From: an uncultured delta proteobacterium
GTDB taxonomy: Bacteria; Myxococcota_A; Polyangia; Polyangiales; Polyangiaceae
Direction of reading: 5' to 3'
Assembly: GCA_963716725.1 (NCBI GenBank)
Contig: CAVQUB010000008.1
Coordinates: 288,001 to 352,000 of the forward strand
DNA: 64,000 nt
Positions 34,806 through 45,819 of the stretch are shown here, one piece after another. Position numbers and translations under genes: made by a program. Positions within the stretch are counted from its first letter, which is position 1. The number at the start of each line of letters is the position of its first letter. The notes under the pieces are model-generated. The model was not told where the DNA came from and searched no databases. It was given only the letters and a program-made list of their open reading frames with translations.

Positions 34806-35444
34806 TCACCACACTCCCCCGAAGGGGTAGTAGGGCAGCGTGTACTCCAGAGAGCAGCCCTCGCCGGAGGGACCCATGGCCCGGATGGCGTCTTCGCGCG
34901 CCCTGCCGCTCACCGCCGACAGCGCCTGCTGGCATTGGCTGCGAGAGTACCCTGGACTGAAGCCAGATTTCGAGCAAGCCGCCATCACCTCGTCGCACTG
35001 CGATACGGTGGACGGATCCATCGGCGCGCGCATCACTGCGTCTCGAATGCACTTGCCCATCGCCGGGGAGCGGCACGAAGGAGCCGAGAGGTTCGCGGCC
35101 CAACACGTCGCGATCTCTTCGGCGATGCGCGGGCGGTAGCCGGGGTAGTGACCTTCGCTTCCTGGATCGCCCTGGCCGGCCAAGCTTTGACACTCCTGGA
35201 TCAGACCTTCGCAGCTCGGGCTCAGGCTCGCGCACTTGGATAGATCAGGGAGGGCCCCGTCGTCAGCCGAAGCCGGCGACGGACTGGGATCGTCTGGGCC
35301 GGGGGGTCCGGACGGATCCTGGATGACCAGCGGATCCTCCGGCGCTCGAGCGACGTGCGACGGGACCGCGGGGGGCGCTCGATCGCAGGACGCAGCCGCG
35401 AGGGCGAAGGTGATCCGAGCGAAGCGCGCGAAGTCGATCTTCAT
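34806..35444 (-). CDS. Cys-rich lipoprotein
   Basis: MKIDFARF...AASC, Pro linker, 10 further Cys. Confidence 0.65.
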   Translation of the reverse strand: MKIDFARFARITFALAAASCDRAPPAVPSHVARAPEDPLVIQDPSGPPGPDDPSPSPASADDGALPDLSKCASLSPSCEGLIQECQSLAGQGDPGSEGHYPGYRPRIAEEIATCWAANLSAPSCRSPAMGKCIRDAVMRAPMDPSTVSQCDEVMAACSKSGFSPGYSRSQCQQALSAVSGRAREDAIRAMGPSGEGCSLEYTLPYYPFGGVW

Positions 35445-35502
35445 GCCGGGCGGCGATCTTCTCCCAAACAGCGGCGGAGGCAAGCGGTGCTAACGTGAAC
35501 TC

Positions 35503-36573
35503 GTGGTGCGAGGCCTATCGTTCGTACTGATCCTGAGCGCCCTCGGCTGCTCGTCGGCCGAAGGCGCGGGCGGGGTGGGTGGCGCGGCCGGCGCGGCCGG
35601 TGCGGGCGGCGCGGCCGGCGCAGGTGGCGCAGGTGGCGCGGCAGGCAGCGCCGTCGGGGGCTTTGCCGGGCTCGGCTTCCAGTGTGGCAGCGTCGATCCG
35701 ACACCCGACGAACGACCACTGCCCAAGGAGATCAGCGTGGCGGCCCCGACCCTCGAGCTCGTCGCCACCTCGCGGCGTGTCGAGGTGTGGGCAACGACGG
35801 ACTCGCCACTCGGTGAGACCGCGCTGCTCGACGTTGGCGAGGGCTCGTGCGCCGCTTTGCTCTTCGATCTAAAAGCTCACTCGCTGCCCGAGTCAGCGCC
35901 CGAGCTGTCCACGCGAGTGCGCGTCGTCGTCGTCGATGGCGCGACCTTCGACTCGGCGACCGGTGCGCCCGGTGCCTACGGCGTCGCCTTCCCGCAGTCC
36001 AAGTCCACGACCGATGCGGTCATCTTGCCCAGCGACGGCCTCGCCGACCTGGTCGAGCTCGACGACACTTTGGCTCACGAACTCACGCACATCATCGGGG
36101 GTCGAGCCGCGCCCTACGACGGTTGGATCCCGTGGTGGCTGATCGAGGGGGTAGCGATCCTCAGCGGCTCCCAGTTCGGTAAAGAGCTCCACGGACAAGC
36201 CACCGGCTTCGTCCTGGACTGGATCGACGTCGCCGACGGTTCGGACGCGGAGCTGACCTTCGATCGTTACGATCTCCAGGACTTGACGACGACGCTGAAC
36301 CAGACCGGCCACGATCAGGCCCTGAGTGGCTTCTTCATCGAGTTCTTGCGGATCAAGGTCGCGCTGCCCGGCGGCGGTTTCGGTCTGCCGGACGTGCAAG
36401 CACGCCTGCTCACCGCGATGCGCAAAGTGAGCGACGGAGACGATCTCGCCCTGGCCTTCGAAGCCGAACTCGGCGGCCTGCCTTTGGCGAAAGCCCAGGC
36501 CGACTACGTGAAATTCCTCGACGACACGGTCGACGATCTCGCCTCGCGCTATTCTGGAACGGTGTTCGAGTAG
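35503..36573 (+). CDS. Lipoprotein with HExxH zinc-metallopeptidase motif (gluzincin-like)
   Basis: Lipobox ALGC; LAHELTH followed by PWWLIEG. Confidence 0.75.
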   Translation: MVRGLSFVLILSALGCSSAEGAGGVGGAAGAAGAGGAAGAGGAGGAAGSAVGGFAGLGFQCGSVDPTPDERPLPKEISVAAPTLELVATSRRVEVWATTDSPLGETALLDVGEGSCAALLFDLKAHSLPESAPELSTRVRVVVVDGATFDSATGAPGAYGVAFPQSKSTTDAVILPSDGLADLVELDDTLAHELTHIIGGRAAPYDGWIPWWLIEGVAILSGSQFGKELHGQATGFVLDWIDVADGSDAELTFDRYDLQDLTTTLNQTGHDQALSGFFIEFLRIKVALPGGGFGLPDVQARLLTAMRKVSDGDDLALAFEAELGGLPLAKAQADYVKFLDDTVDDLASRYSGTVFE

Positions 36574-36579
36574 CGTGCG

Positions 36580-39500
36580 TTAGAACAGGCCGATGCTGAA
36601 GTGGAAGGCTCCGAGGGGTTCCCAGTAGCGTCGTCGAGTGCGATCTGGGAACAGCTCGTCGAGGACTCGGTCAACGTTGAATCCGTAGTCGAAGACCAAG
36701 GGGCCAATCGGGGTCCCGATGCGCAGCCCGCTGCCGACGGAGTAGCGCAAATCGAGCGGGTTCACCTGCTCGGGGTCACGCCACAGGTTTCCGGAGTCCA
36801 GGAAGAGGCCGGTTTGCACGTTGCCCGAGAGCGGAATGCGCAGCTCGAGGCGCGGGTTGATGAAGGCGTCACCGCCGCGAATCACGACCTGATTGAGGGA
36901 GAGACCAGAGGTCGGTTCGAGCAGCTGTTGCGCGATGTCCTCCGGGATCATCGAGTCTTGCAGGAAGCCCCGCACCGAGTCGACTCCACCCAAGAAGAAG
37001 AGCCGGTCGGGGTAGGTCCGTGACTCGGAGCGCAGCTGCTGGTTCATGCCCCAGCGCACGCTTCCGGCGAGCGCGAGCCCTTTGTCGCTGAGGCGCAGGT
37101 AGCCCGCGACGCGCTGGGTCAGCCGCAAGAACTGGCTGGTGGTCGCGTCGAAGATGCCGTCTCCGGCCTCTTCGCCACCAAAGGGCGTGGCGCGCACGTG
37201 TTCCAGGCTGGTGCTGACCAAGGTGCCGCGGGAGGCGCCGAGTGGGTTGTCTCGGCGGTCCCAGGCGAAGCCGATGCGCTGGGCGACGGCCAGAGTCGTG
37301 CCCTCGGGAACCCGGAACAGCCCCGCGCGGCGGGGGTTCGCCTGCACGTATTGCTCGAGCGCACCCTTCTGCTCGCTGCCGAAGATGGTGGCGTCGTTGA
37401 GCTCGAGCGAACCGCCGACGAAGGCCGAGAACTGCCTCACCGGACGATAAGTCAAGGTGACGATGCCCGCGTCCTTGGTCAAGCCAAAGTCCCGGGCGTT
37501 GTCCCGGACGTCGAGGCCCTCGACCGACAGCCGGAAGAGCGGCCCGAGGCCCACGTCAGGGAACTCGATCAGCGCGCTGTTGCGCCGCTCGAGACGTTGC
37601 CCAACGTCGAGCTCGTCGTACTTCTTGCGCACGTCTTCTTCGAGGATGAGTTCGTTGGGCAGGTAGCCGAGTTGGACGCGCAGGGTGAGCGGGATGGCCT
37701 CGCCACCCAGATTCCGATGGCCGTACTCGAAGGTGATGCGGAAGCCTTCGCCCGTGGAGAAGCCGGGACGAATGTCGAGATACTGTGGAAGCCGCTCCTG
37801 CACCGTGATCACGACGGCCTTCTCCTTCGCAGGCACGTAGGGGTCCTCCAGCCCCACGGTGACGGTGGAGAACACGCCCAAGGAGGCCAGCCGCTCCTCG
37901 GTCTTTCGGATCTCGCTGCGGCGGTAGGGCTGGCCGACGGTGAGGGCCACGCGGCTACGGATCAGGCTCTCGTTCGTGACCCGCGCGCCAACGACGACGA
38001 TGCGCGACACCTTGACCTGCTCGCGCTCGCTGATGGTGAACACCGCCCGCGCGCGCGTCCGATCGGGCGAGAGCTCGAGGGCCGCGTCGACCTCGGCGAA
38101 GGCGAAGCCCTCTTCCGCGTATTCATCGAGCACGCGCCGCCGCGCCTTGTCGAGCTCGACCTGCGAGGCGGGTTTGCCCAAGGCCAACTCGGCGACGTCT
38201 GCCAGGCGCTTCTCGACCAGCAGCTTGTTGCCCTCGAAACCCAGGTCGTACAGATAGGTGCGAGGCCCGAGCTTCACGGGCAGATGCAGCACGGCTTCGG
38301 CCTCGCAGCGGACTCCCAGCTTGGGATCGGGCGTGCAGACCAGGTTGGCCTCCGGGGGCGGCTCTTCGAGCGGAAGACCGATTTCGTCGTAGGTGCACGC
38401 GGTCTTCGGGCTCCGGCGGGCGCCGAGGGGGTTGCACCGCCCGGCGGGCGAGTGAGGATCGCAGCGACGTCGAAGCAACTGCGGCGGACCCACCGTCGCC
38501 GAGAGGTAGCCCTCGGACCGATACAGGTCTTGCAAGTGCTTCATCGCCCGCTCGTAGACCTCGGGCACGTAGGTCATCCACGGGTTCGGTTCGAAGGGGA
38601 CGGGGCGCGCTCCGGTGACGCCCTGAGGACCAAGGGTCTGATCGATGACGCGGGGATTCACGCTCGAGAAGATGCCGCTGCCCGGCAGCTCCTCGGAGAG
38701 GAAGCTGTCCACCTCGCTGCCGACCTCCTTTGCACCGCGTGAGCCGCTGAGGCACGGGTACTCGCGGCCCACGATGCGGACTTGAGAATGCTCGCGCACC
38801 TTGAACACCAGATCGTGAATCGGGGCGTCGGCTGCGCCTCGTTCTTCCGAGCTGACCTCCACGTCCAAAAATCCGCGTTCGACGTAGAACTTCTCGATGC
38901 GCTCGGAGATCGCCCCCAGCGATCGATCGTCGGAATCGTCCAGCTCGAGAGTCCGCTCGATTTCGGCTCAGATCGAAGCGCTGGATGCCTTCGAGCTTGA
39001 GGCGTAAGCGCGGGCCTGCTTTCACGTCCACGGCGAGCTCGGTCCCCATGGCCGTCGCGCGCAGGGAGTGCGTCACGGCGGCCCGGTGCCAGCCGCGGCT
39101 CCGGAGCGCCTTTTCCAGGTCGCGATCCGCCGTCGTCAGGTCGTCCTCGTCGGCTCGATCGCGCTCGCCGACGCCGTAGCCGGCGAGCGCCGACGAGAGC
39201 CCTTCTACCTTCGGGCTGGGCCACACCAAGAAGCGGCGCCTCGCCACCCGGCGTGGCTCGCCGGCCACGATGTCGATCAGCACCACGACCCGCAGCGGAT
39301 CATCGGTGTCGACGGCGTCGATGCGCACCGCGGCAGCCGGATGGCCCCGCCGGACGTATTGCTCCTGGACCCGCCGGGCGATTCTCGCGAGCTCCGCCGC
39401 GGTCACCTCCGAACCCGCCCTGATGCGGGCCACGCGCAGGGTCTCGTCCGTGTCCAGCACGCCTCCGGCGACGCGAATGCTGGCGATGATCCGGCGCGGG

Positions 39501-39910
39501 ACTACTTTGAGGCGAAGCACGACGCCTTCGCCTTCCGCCTCTGCGTCTGCGCTCACGTTGGCGAAGCGGCCGGTGTCGGTCAGCTCCAGCATCGCGCGAC
39601 GTGCCAGCTCGCTGCTGAGGGTGTCGCCGGCGTGCACGAAGCGCAGGGTCGGGCGTTCTTCCCAGCGCCCCCCGACCGCGACCACCTCCACTCGACTGAT
39701 GCTGCGACCGAGCAGCGCGCCCAACGACGGCGCGGGCTTGAGCTCTGGGATGCGCCCGACCTCCGAACCCTGAAGGTCGCGGTCCCCGTCCAGGGTGGTT
39801 GCACCTGCGCCCGGTCGCGGCGGCTTCTCGGCCTCGGTGCGCGGGCTGAGCGCGAGCGCTGCGAGGGCTACGGCCAAGGCCGGCGCACGACGGTGGTGCC
39901 CTCGGAGCAT
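36580..39910 (-). CDS. Omp85/BamA-TamA family protein with several POTRA domains (frameshift near 38970)
   Basis: POTRA-like repeats, FFLGGVDSVRGF, GLRIGTPIGPLVFDYG, terminal FHFSIGLF. Confidence 0.88.
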
Positions 39911-39989
39911 CGGCACCGTTCTTACCCCCGAAGGGCGTTTCGCCACAAACGGGCCCGCACGGAAATTCGTGGCTACGATCGCCGTCGTC

Positions 39990-41204
39990 ATGGGTTCCAC
40001 CCCCCCGAAGACCAAGCCCAAGGCCCGGCGCCGACGAGTGCTGACGACCGTGGCCTTGGCGGTGCCGGTGCTGGCCGTTGGCCTCTGGATCGCGGTGCAC
40101 AAGATCCCCTGGCTGGGTCCCCTGGTGGCCAACACGCTGCGCGCCGTCGTGGGCACCGACAACGTCGCAAAGCTCGAAGACTTCGCCTACGGCGTCGAGG
40201 ACCGCTTCAACCGTTGGTACCGCAAGAACGACAAACCCAAGGCCTACTGGGAGGTGCCAGCCGAAGAGCCGAAGTCGATCCCGGTGGCGACCGCCGACGC
40301 CCCGCCCCCAGTGCCCGAGTGGCGGCTGGCCGACGTGGGACCCATCCATGAGAAATGGTCCGCCCCGGGCGACGGGTCGTGGGTGAAGATCAAGGACCCG
40401 CGCCGGCCCGCGGAGCCCGTCCACATGTTCAAGACGCTGCTCCACCCTGACAAGAATCGATCGTGGGCCGAGGTCTTCGTAGTCGCGGTGGACCTGAAGC
40501 GCGCTCGCGTCCAGGCCATGCCCGGGTATCGTGAGCCGTTCAGCATCGAGAAGGGGGCGAAGGCGGTGGTGCGCAAGGCCCACGTGCCCGACGAAGAGCA
40601 CGAGGAGTTGCTCGCAGCGTTCAACGGCGGCTTCATGACCGAGCACGGTTGGTTCGGCATGAAGTTCGACGGTGTCATCTTGGTCAAACCGCGTGAGACG
40701 GCCTGCACCTTGGCCGAGCTCGACGACGGCAGCGTCACGCTGGCCACGTGGAAGAAGATCTCGGAGTCCGAGAGCAAGATGAAGTGGTTCCGGCAGATGC
40801 CGGGCTGCATGTATGAAGACGGGAAGATCCACCCGGGTCTGGCCGATCCCGAGACGCGACTGTGGGGCGCGACGCTCGACGGCGAGACGGTGATCCGGAG
40901 ATCAGCCGTCGGGCTGAGCGCGGCCCGCGACGTCCTGTACGTGGGCATCAGCAATCACACCACCGCCAAGGCTATCGCCGACGGCATGCGCCACGCGGGA
41001 GCGGCGACCGTCGGTCAGCTCGACGTGAACTGGAGCTACCCCAAATTCGTGCTCTACGAACCCAAGGAGCCCGGTGGCCCACGCAAAGCGGTGGCCCTCG
41101 CCGCGGGCTTCGAGTTCGACGAAGACGAGTACATCCGCAAGCGGTCGCTGCGCGACTTCTTCTACCTGGTGCGCAAGCCACGCGACGTCACGGCGCAGAA
41201 CTAG
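39990..41204 (+). CDS. Membrane-anchored protein, phosphodiester glycosidase (NAGPA)-like
   Basis: N-terminal TM helix; AAFNGGF and RRSAVG motifs. Confidence 0.6.
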   Translation: MGSTPPKTKPKARRRRVLTTVALAVPVLAVGLWIAVHKIPWLGPLVANTLRAVVGTDNVAKLEDFAYGVEDRFNRWYRKNDKPKAYWEVPAEEPKSIPVATADAPPPVPEWRLADVGPIHEKWSAPGDGSWVKIKDPRRPAEPVHMFKTLLHPDKNRSWAEVFVVAVDLKRARVQAMPGYREPFSIEKGAKAVVRKAHVPDEEHEELLAAFNGGFMTEHGWFGMKFDGVILVKPRETACTLAELDDGSVTLATWKKISESESKMKWFRQMPGCMYEDGKIHPGLADPETRLWGATLDGETVIRRSAVGLSAARDVLYVGISNHTTAKAIADGMRHAGAATVGQLDVNWSYPKFVLYEPKEPGGPRKAVALAAGFEFDEDEYIRKRSLRDFFYLVRKPRDVTAQN

Positions 41205-42067
41205 TGCCCGAGTTGCCCGAGGTCGAGGTCATCCGCCAGAGCATCTCGCCGCTGCTGGTGGGGCGCAGGTTGAAGACCATCACCACTACCCGCAGCAGCA
41301 CCTTCTTCCTCACGCCCCCGGCCACGCTGCGTCGAAAGCTCGTGGGGCGTCGCGCCCTGGGCCTGGAGCGCCGGGGAAAGTACTTGCTCGTCGACCTCGA
41401 CGACGGGGCTCGGCTGCTGCTCCACCTGGGCATGACCGGCCAGCTGTTCTCATCGAGAGCCCGGAGTCCCAGGCTGGTCTCGGCCGAGGCGCGCTCGGGG
41501 GTGCCGCGGGAGTTCGTTCCGGACGCGCACACCCACCTCGTGATCGCGTTCACGGACCGTGGTCCAGATCTGGTGTTCAGAGACGTGCGCAAGTTCGGCA
41601 AGGTGCGCTGGCTCGCGACCGGCAAGAGCGACCCGCGGCTCGACAAGCTCGGCCCCGACGCGCTTTCGGTCAGCGGCGCTCACCTGTACGAAGCGACGCG
41701 CCGGCGATCGGCGCCGATCAAGACCGTGCTGCTCGATCAACTCGTCTTGGCCGGGGTCGGGAACATTTACGCCGACGAGGCGCTGTTTCTGGCGGGGCTG
41801 CGGCCCACGCGACGGGCGCGCTCGCTGACCCGTGGCGACTATGATCGGCTTGCAACCTCCGTCCACGGCGTGCTCGAGGCGGGCATCGCGGCGGGGGGCT
41901 CGAGCATCGACGACTTCGTGCGCCCCGACGGCGAAGACGGCGGGTACCAGCACAATCACCGCGTGTACGGGCGCGCGGGCCAGCCCTGCTCCCGCTGTGG
42001 CATGGCCATCCGGCGCTTGGTGATCGGCCAGCGGTCGTCGTGTTTCTGCCCGCACTGCCAGCGCTGA
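41204..42067 (+). CDS. mutM: Formamidopyrimidine-DNA glycosylase
   Basis: PELPEVE, RRGKYL, HLGMTG, GVGNIYADE, C-terminal CxxC...CPHCQ zinc finger. Confidence 0.96.
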   Translation: MPELPEVEVIRQSISPLLVGRRLKTITTTRSSTFFLTPPATLRRKLVGRRALGLERRGKYLLVDLDDGARLLLHLGMTGQLFSSRARSPRLVSAEARSGVPREFVPDAHTHLVIAFTDRGPDLVFRDVRKFGKVRWLATGKSDPRLDKLGPDALSVSGAHLYEATRRRSAPIKTVLLDQLVLAGVGNIYADEALFLAGLRPTRRARSLTRGDYDRLATSVHGVLEAGIAAGGSSIDDFVRPDGEDGGYQHNHRVYGRAGQPCSRCGMAIRRLVIGQRSSCFCPHCQR

Positions 42068-42152
42068 TCGCGATCACGTCGGGCGACGATCGGGGCCGAT
42101 CGCGATCGCCAAGCCAGGCAGTCAACTGCCTGATCTCACGGGAGATTGTGCG

Positions 42153-42168
42153 AGGCACGCCGGCTGCA
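42153..42168 (+). promoter_or_regulatory. Putative sigma54 promoter
   Basis: AGGCACGCCGGCTGCA (GG-N10-GC); AAGGAG RBS downstream; palindromes upstream. Confidence 0.45.
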
Positions 42169-42200
42169 ATGGCCAGGCTTCGAAGGAGTACCCGAAGCCC

Positions 42201-43208
42201 ATGTCGACCACCGAGACGTCCGTTGCCCTGTCCCTCGCCGAGCTCACCAGGATCGAGGAAGACCGCATCGAAACCGAGCGAAGCGAGCGCGCCCGGGGCC
42301 GTGCTGCGAGGGTCCGGGAGGAGCGTGAGAGCGAGGCCCGGCGTCTGGCGGCGGAACAGGCGCGCCTGAGCGCGGACGAAGAGGCGCGACAGCGGGTCGT
42401 GTCCGAGGCGGCCATCGAGCGCGCACGGGCCGAGGCACGCGAGCGCGCCCGGGTCGAGGTCGCGCGCATCGAGGTCGAAGCCAAGATCCGACTCGACGCG
42501 GACAACGCCGTTCGCGCCCACGAGTTGACCGAGCTGCGGGTGCGACGCGAGACGGGTCGGCGTCGACGCGAGATCGCGGTCAGTGCGGCCCTCGCCCTGG
42601 TCGTGACGCTCGGAGGCCTGGGCATTTACGACGCAAACACCCGCGTCGGGAAGCACGAGCGGACCGGAGAAGAACTGCGCGAGCGCGAGCGCGCGCTGCT
42701 CCGCGAGCGCGATGACCGCAAGCAACTCGAGCTCAAGGCGATCGAACTTCGCCAAGCTGCGCTACTGGCTCGGCCCCGCGCCGCGGACGCGAAGGCCGGG
42801 ATCGCGACGGCGGCGGCGGCCCACGCCGCCATCGACGCGCGGGCTCCAGCTCACGATCGCGTGCGGGCCTTTGCCGAGGCACTGGACGCGCTCGAAGAGC
42901 GGATCGACGCCCTCGACAAGATCGCTTTGCTCGACCAGCGGCGCGCGGATCTGTCGGCCTGGGCCTCGGCCAGCAAGCGCACGAAGCGACTGGACGCCGT
43001 GAACGGCGCGGCTTCGCGGGCCAAGGCCGCAGGCGCGGGAATGGATGCGCTGCTGAGATACGAGCGCGCGCTCGATGGGTTGGGCAGCGAGCTCGCCGAA
43101 CGCGCCGGCGCGGCGCCGCGCTCCGCCGCCGCCGGCACGGTGGTCGCGACCGGGTCCTGTCAGGAGGGCGACCCCGGCTGCGGGATCGACGGCAGGCCGC
43201 TGTTCTGA
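42201..43208 (+). CDS. Coiled-coil membrane protein with C-terminal CxxGDPxC motif
   Basis: E/R/A-rich helix, one TM helix, second helical region, tail CQEGDPGCG. Confidence 0.75.
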   Translation: MSTTETSVALSLAELTRIEEDRIETERSERARGRAARVREERESEARRLAAEQARLSADEEARQRVVSEAAIERARAEARERARVEVARIEVEAKIRLDADNAVRAHELTELRVRRETGRRRREIAVSAALALVVTLGGLGIYDANTRVGKHERTGEELRERERALLRERDDRKQLELKAIELRQAALLARPRAADAKAGIATAAAAHAAIDARAPAHDRVRAFAEALDALEERIDALDKIALLDQRRADLSAWASASKRTKRLDAVNGAASRAKAAGAGMDALLRYERALDGLGSELAERAGAAPRSAAAGTVVATGSCQEGDPGCGIDGRPLF

Positions 43209-43223
43209 ACGGCAAGCGTCGCG

Positions 43224-43865
43224 TCAGCCGCTGCCGTAGCAGACCTCAGAGGGCAGCGCGCAGTTCTGGACGGCGCATGCGTCCAAGACGCCGCAGGTGG
43301 GGTTCGAGAAACACGCCTGGCACGCCGGCGTCTGGCCCGGGCTCGCGTTGCAGCCTTCCAAGCAATCGGCCATGCCCAGCCCCGAGCAGCACGCCGTCAA
43401 CTTGGCGCAGGACTCGGAGCAGCTGAGCGTCGAGCCTCCGCCGCTGCCTCCGCCCCCGCCGCTGCCTCCGCCGCTGCCTCCGCCGCCACCGGTGCCGCTC
43501 GACGTGCCGCAACTCCCCGAGTTGCAGGTCGCGGTCCAGTCGCAGGTCCCGTTGGAGTCCGTGCACGAACCGCTCGAAGTCTTGCCGTTCACACTTCCGG
43601 AGCAGTTGCCCGAAGTGTCACCGAAGCTGATACCGGTGTCGGTGACGCTGCCGGTGTAGACGTCGCCGCTCGGGGAGCAGTTGACCGTGATCGAACACCC
43701 GTTCTGCGAAATGGTGCAGGCGTTGTCCGGGCACGCGCCAGAAAGGCTCCAGCTGCCGTCGACGTTTGCGCAGGTGCCTGACCCGCCGCCGCTATTACTC
43801 GAGCTGCAGGCCAGAGCGAGTGTTGTGATGACCAGCGATCCGACGAGCCACTTGGAGAGTCGCAT
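43224..43865 (-). CDS. Cys-rich lipoprotein
   Basis: Lipobox ALAC; two Cys-rich domains joined by a Gly linker. Confidence 0.75.
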   Translation of the reverse strand: MRLSKWLVGSLVITTLALACSSSNSGGGSGTCANVDGSWSLSGACPDNACTISQNGCSITVNCSPSGDVYTGSVTDTGISFGDTSGNCSGSVNGKTSSGSCTDSNGTCDWTATCNSGSCGTSSGTGGGGGSGGGSGGGGGSGGGSTLSCSESCAKLTACCSGLGMADCLEGCNASPGQTPACQACFSNPTCGVLDACAVQNCALPSEVCYGSG

Positions 43866-44014
43866 GGGCCGAGCCTACCTCGGCAGACAGCCAAGTCCAG
43901 CCGCGAGCAGGGCTCGCGAGTCGCCGGTTCCGCCGCCGGTGGGCGGGTAGTCGAAGGTGCGACTCGACCTGCGTCGCGCGCCCTTTCCGGTCGGGAGACG
44001 GCGGAAAGCGCCGC

Positions 44015-45688
44015 TCAGCGCAGGAGCGTCGCGAGCTTGTGCTCGAGGTCGCGAACCTGAAAGGGCTTGCGGACCAGCGGACACTGCGGCGCGAGTTGAT
44101 GGGCCATTTCAGCGAATGAATCGGTGCCCGTCACGAAGACGATGCGGTGGCGAAGCTCGGGCCAGCGTTGGGCGATCGACTCGTAGAGCGCCATGCCGTC
44201 CATCTCGGGCATCTGCAGATCGGAGATCACCAGATCCGGTCGCTTCTGCATGATCTCATGCAGCGCGAAGCTGCCGTTCTCTGCGAAGCGCAGCTTGTGA
44301 CCCCGGAACGCCCTCGCGTAGGCGCTGCGCACCAAGGGATCGTCGTCGACGATCAGGAGCTCGACCCCCACGGGTAAGCGCAGCGCGGAGCCGGGCGTTG
44401 TCTGCTTGGACGCGACGCGTTCCATCGGCAAGCGGACCTTGAACGCCGTTCCGATCCCGGGCTTGCTCTCGACGGCGATCTCGCCGCCGCATTCGGAGAC
44501 GATTTCTCGCACCAGACTCAGCCCGATGCCGTGTCCGCCGACGCGGTAGGTCACGAAGGGCTCGAAGATGTTGCCGCGCTGCTCGCCGGTCAGCCCGATG
44601 CCGGTGTCCGCGACTTCGAGCTCGACGCGATCGTCTACCTTGCGCGTGCGAACCGTGACGACGTTCGGTCGGCCCGCGGCGACGTCCGCCGCCTCCGCGG
44701 CATTGCCCACCAGGTTCATCACCACCTGCGCGAGCCGTCCCGTGCTGCCGCGCACGTTGACGCGGTCTTCGGTCAGCTGAAGATCGAGCTTTGCGCGCAG
44801 TCGTTCGATGCTCGCGACCCGGCATGCCGTGCGCACGACGTCGTTGAAGTCGAAGACCTCGTCGCGCTCGGTTCCGTAGCGCGCTACGCTGCTCAGGTCG
44901 TTGGAGATCCGCCGCATCAGCGAGAGGCCGGTCACGCACTCGTCCAGGATGCCGTGGAGCTCGAAGCCGAGTTGTGCGGCGTTTTGGGCGACCTCCGGAT
45001 CGAGCTCGGCCCAGGTCCTACCGTTCATGAGCTGCCCAAGGGCGGCCGCAAGGTCGGTCGCGCTCTCCTGCAGGACCGAGACGTTGGTCTGCACGTAGGC
45101 GAGGGGGTTGTTGATTTCGTGGGCCAGCGAAGCGGCGAAGCGACCGATGGATGCCAAGCGTTCGCTGAGCACGCGGCGGCTCTCGCTCTCTTGGAGCTGA
45201 ACCAGAGCCCGCTCGAGCTCGCGATTCTGCAACCTGAGCGCCTCGGTCTGCGCCCGGCGGTCGAGGCGCAAGAACAGGCGGTTCGCAGCGCCCGCCACGG
45301 CGACCTTCAACTCCTGCGTCGCGAAGGGCTTCGCGACGCAGGAGAAGATACCGAGCTCGATGGCCCGCGACAGCGATTCGACGTCCGCGTGCGCGGTGAT
45401 GACAATCACCTCGAAGTCCTCTCGGACTCCGACCAACTGTTCGAGCAGCTCCAGCCCGCTTAGCCCGGGCAGGTTCACGTCCACGAGCAAAATTGGTGAC
45501 TCGTACCCGGCGACTTTCTCCAGGAGTTCTTCGGCGCTGCCGAAGTGCGAAACGACGTAGCCTGCGGCGCCGAGGATGGTACGGATCAGGCGAGCGATCG
45601 CCGGATCGTCCTCGACCAAGACCACCGGGAACGCGTCCGGGGACGGTGGATTCTTGGAGATCGGGGTCAGGCTGGGCTGGCCGGTCAT
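44015..45688 (-). CDS. Cytoplasmic hybrid histidine kinase (REC-HisKA-HATPase-REC)
   Basis: VEDD...DVNLPG, AHEINNPL, NLVGNA, DTGIG, GIGL, DLQMPEMDG. Confidence 0.92.
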   Translation of the reverse strand: MTGQPSLTPISKNPPSPDAFPVVLVEDDPAIARLIRTILGAAGYVVSHFGSAEELLEKVAGYESPILLVDVNLPGLSGLELLEQLVGVREDFEVIVITAHADVESLSRAIELGIFSCVAKPFATQELKVAVAGAANRLFLRLDRRAQTEALRLQNRELERALVQLQESESRRVLSERLASIGRFAASLAHEINNPLAYVQTNVSVLQESATDLAAALGQLMNGRTWAELDPEVAQNAAQLGFELHGILDECVTGLSLMRRISNDLSSVARYGTERDEVFDFNDVVRTACRVASIERLRAKLDLQLTEDRVNVRGSTGRLAQVVMNLVGNAAEAADVAAGRPNVVTVRTRKVDDRVELEVADTGIGLTGEQRGNIFEPFVTYRVGGHGIGLSLVREIVSECGGEIAVESKPGIGTAFKVRLPMERVASKQTTPGSALRLPVGVELLIVDDDPLVRSAYARAFRGHKLRFAENGSFALHEIMQKRPDLVISDLQMPEMDGMALYESIAQRWPELRHRIVFVTGTDSFAEMAHQLAPQCPLVRKPFQVRDLEHKLATLLR

Positions 45689-45819
45689 CGCGTCTCGCTG
45701 CTCGTTCCACGGTGGCGGCCGCAGGGCCTCGCAGAGCACGACGCCAGCCATACCACGGCTTGCGCCCGGCGTCGGCGCCGACGCCGACGGCGTTGTCCTG
45801 GGCGTCGACCTCCGCAAAA

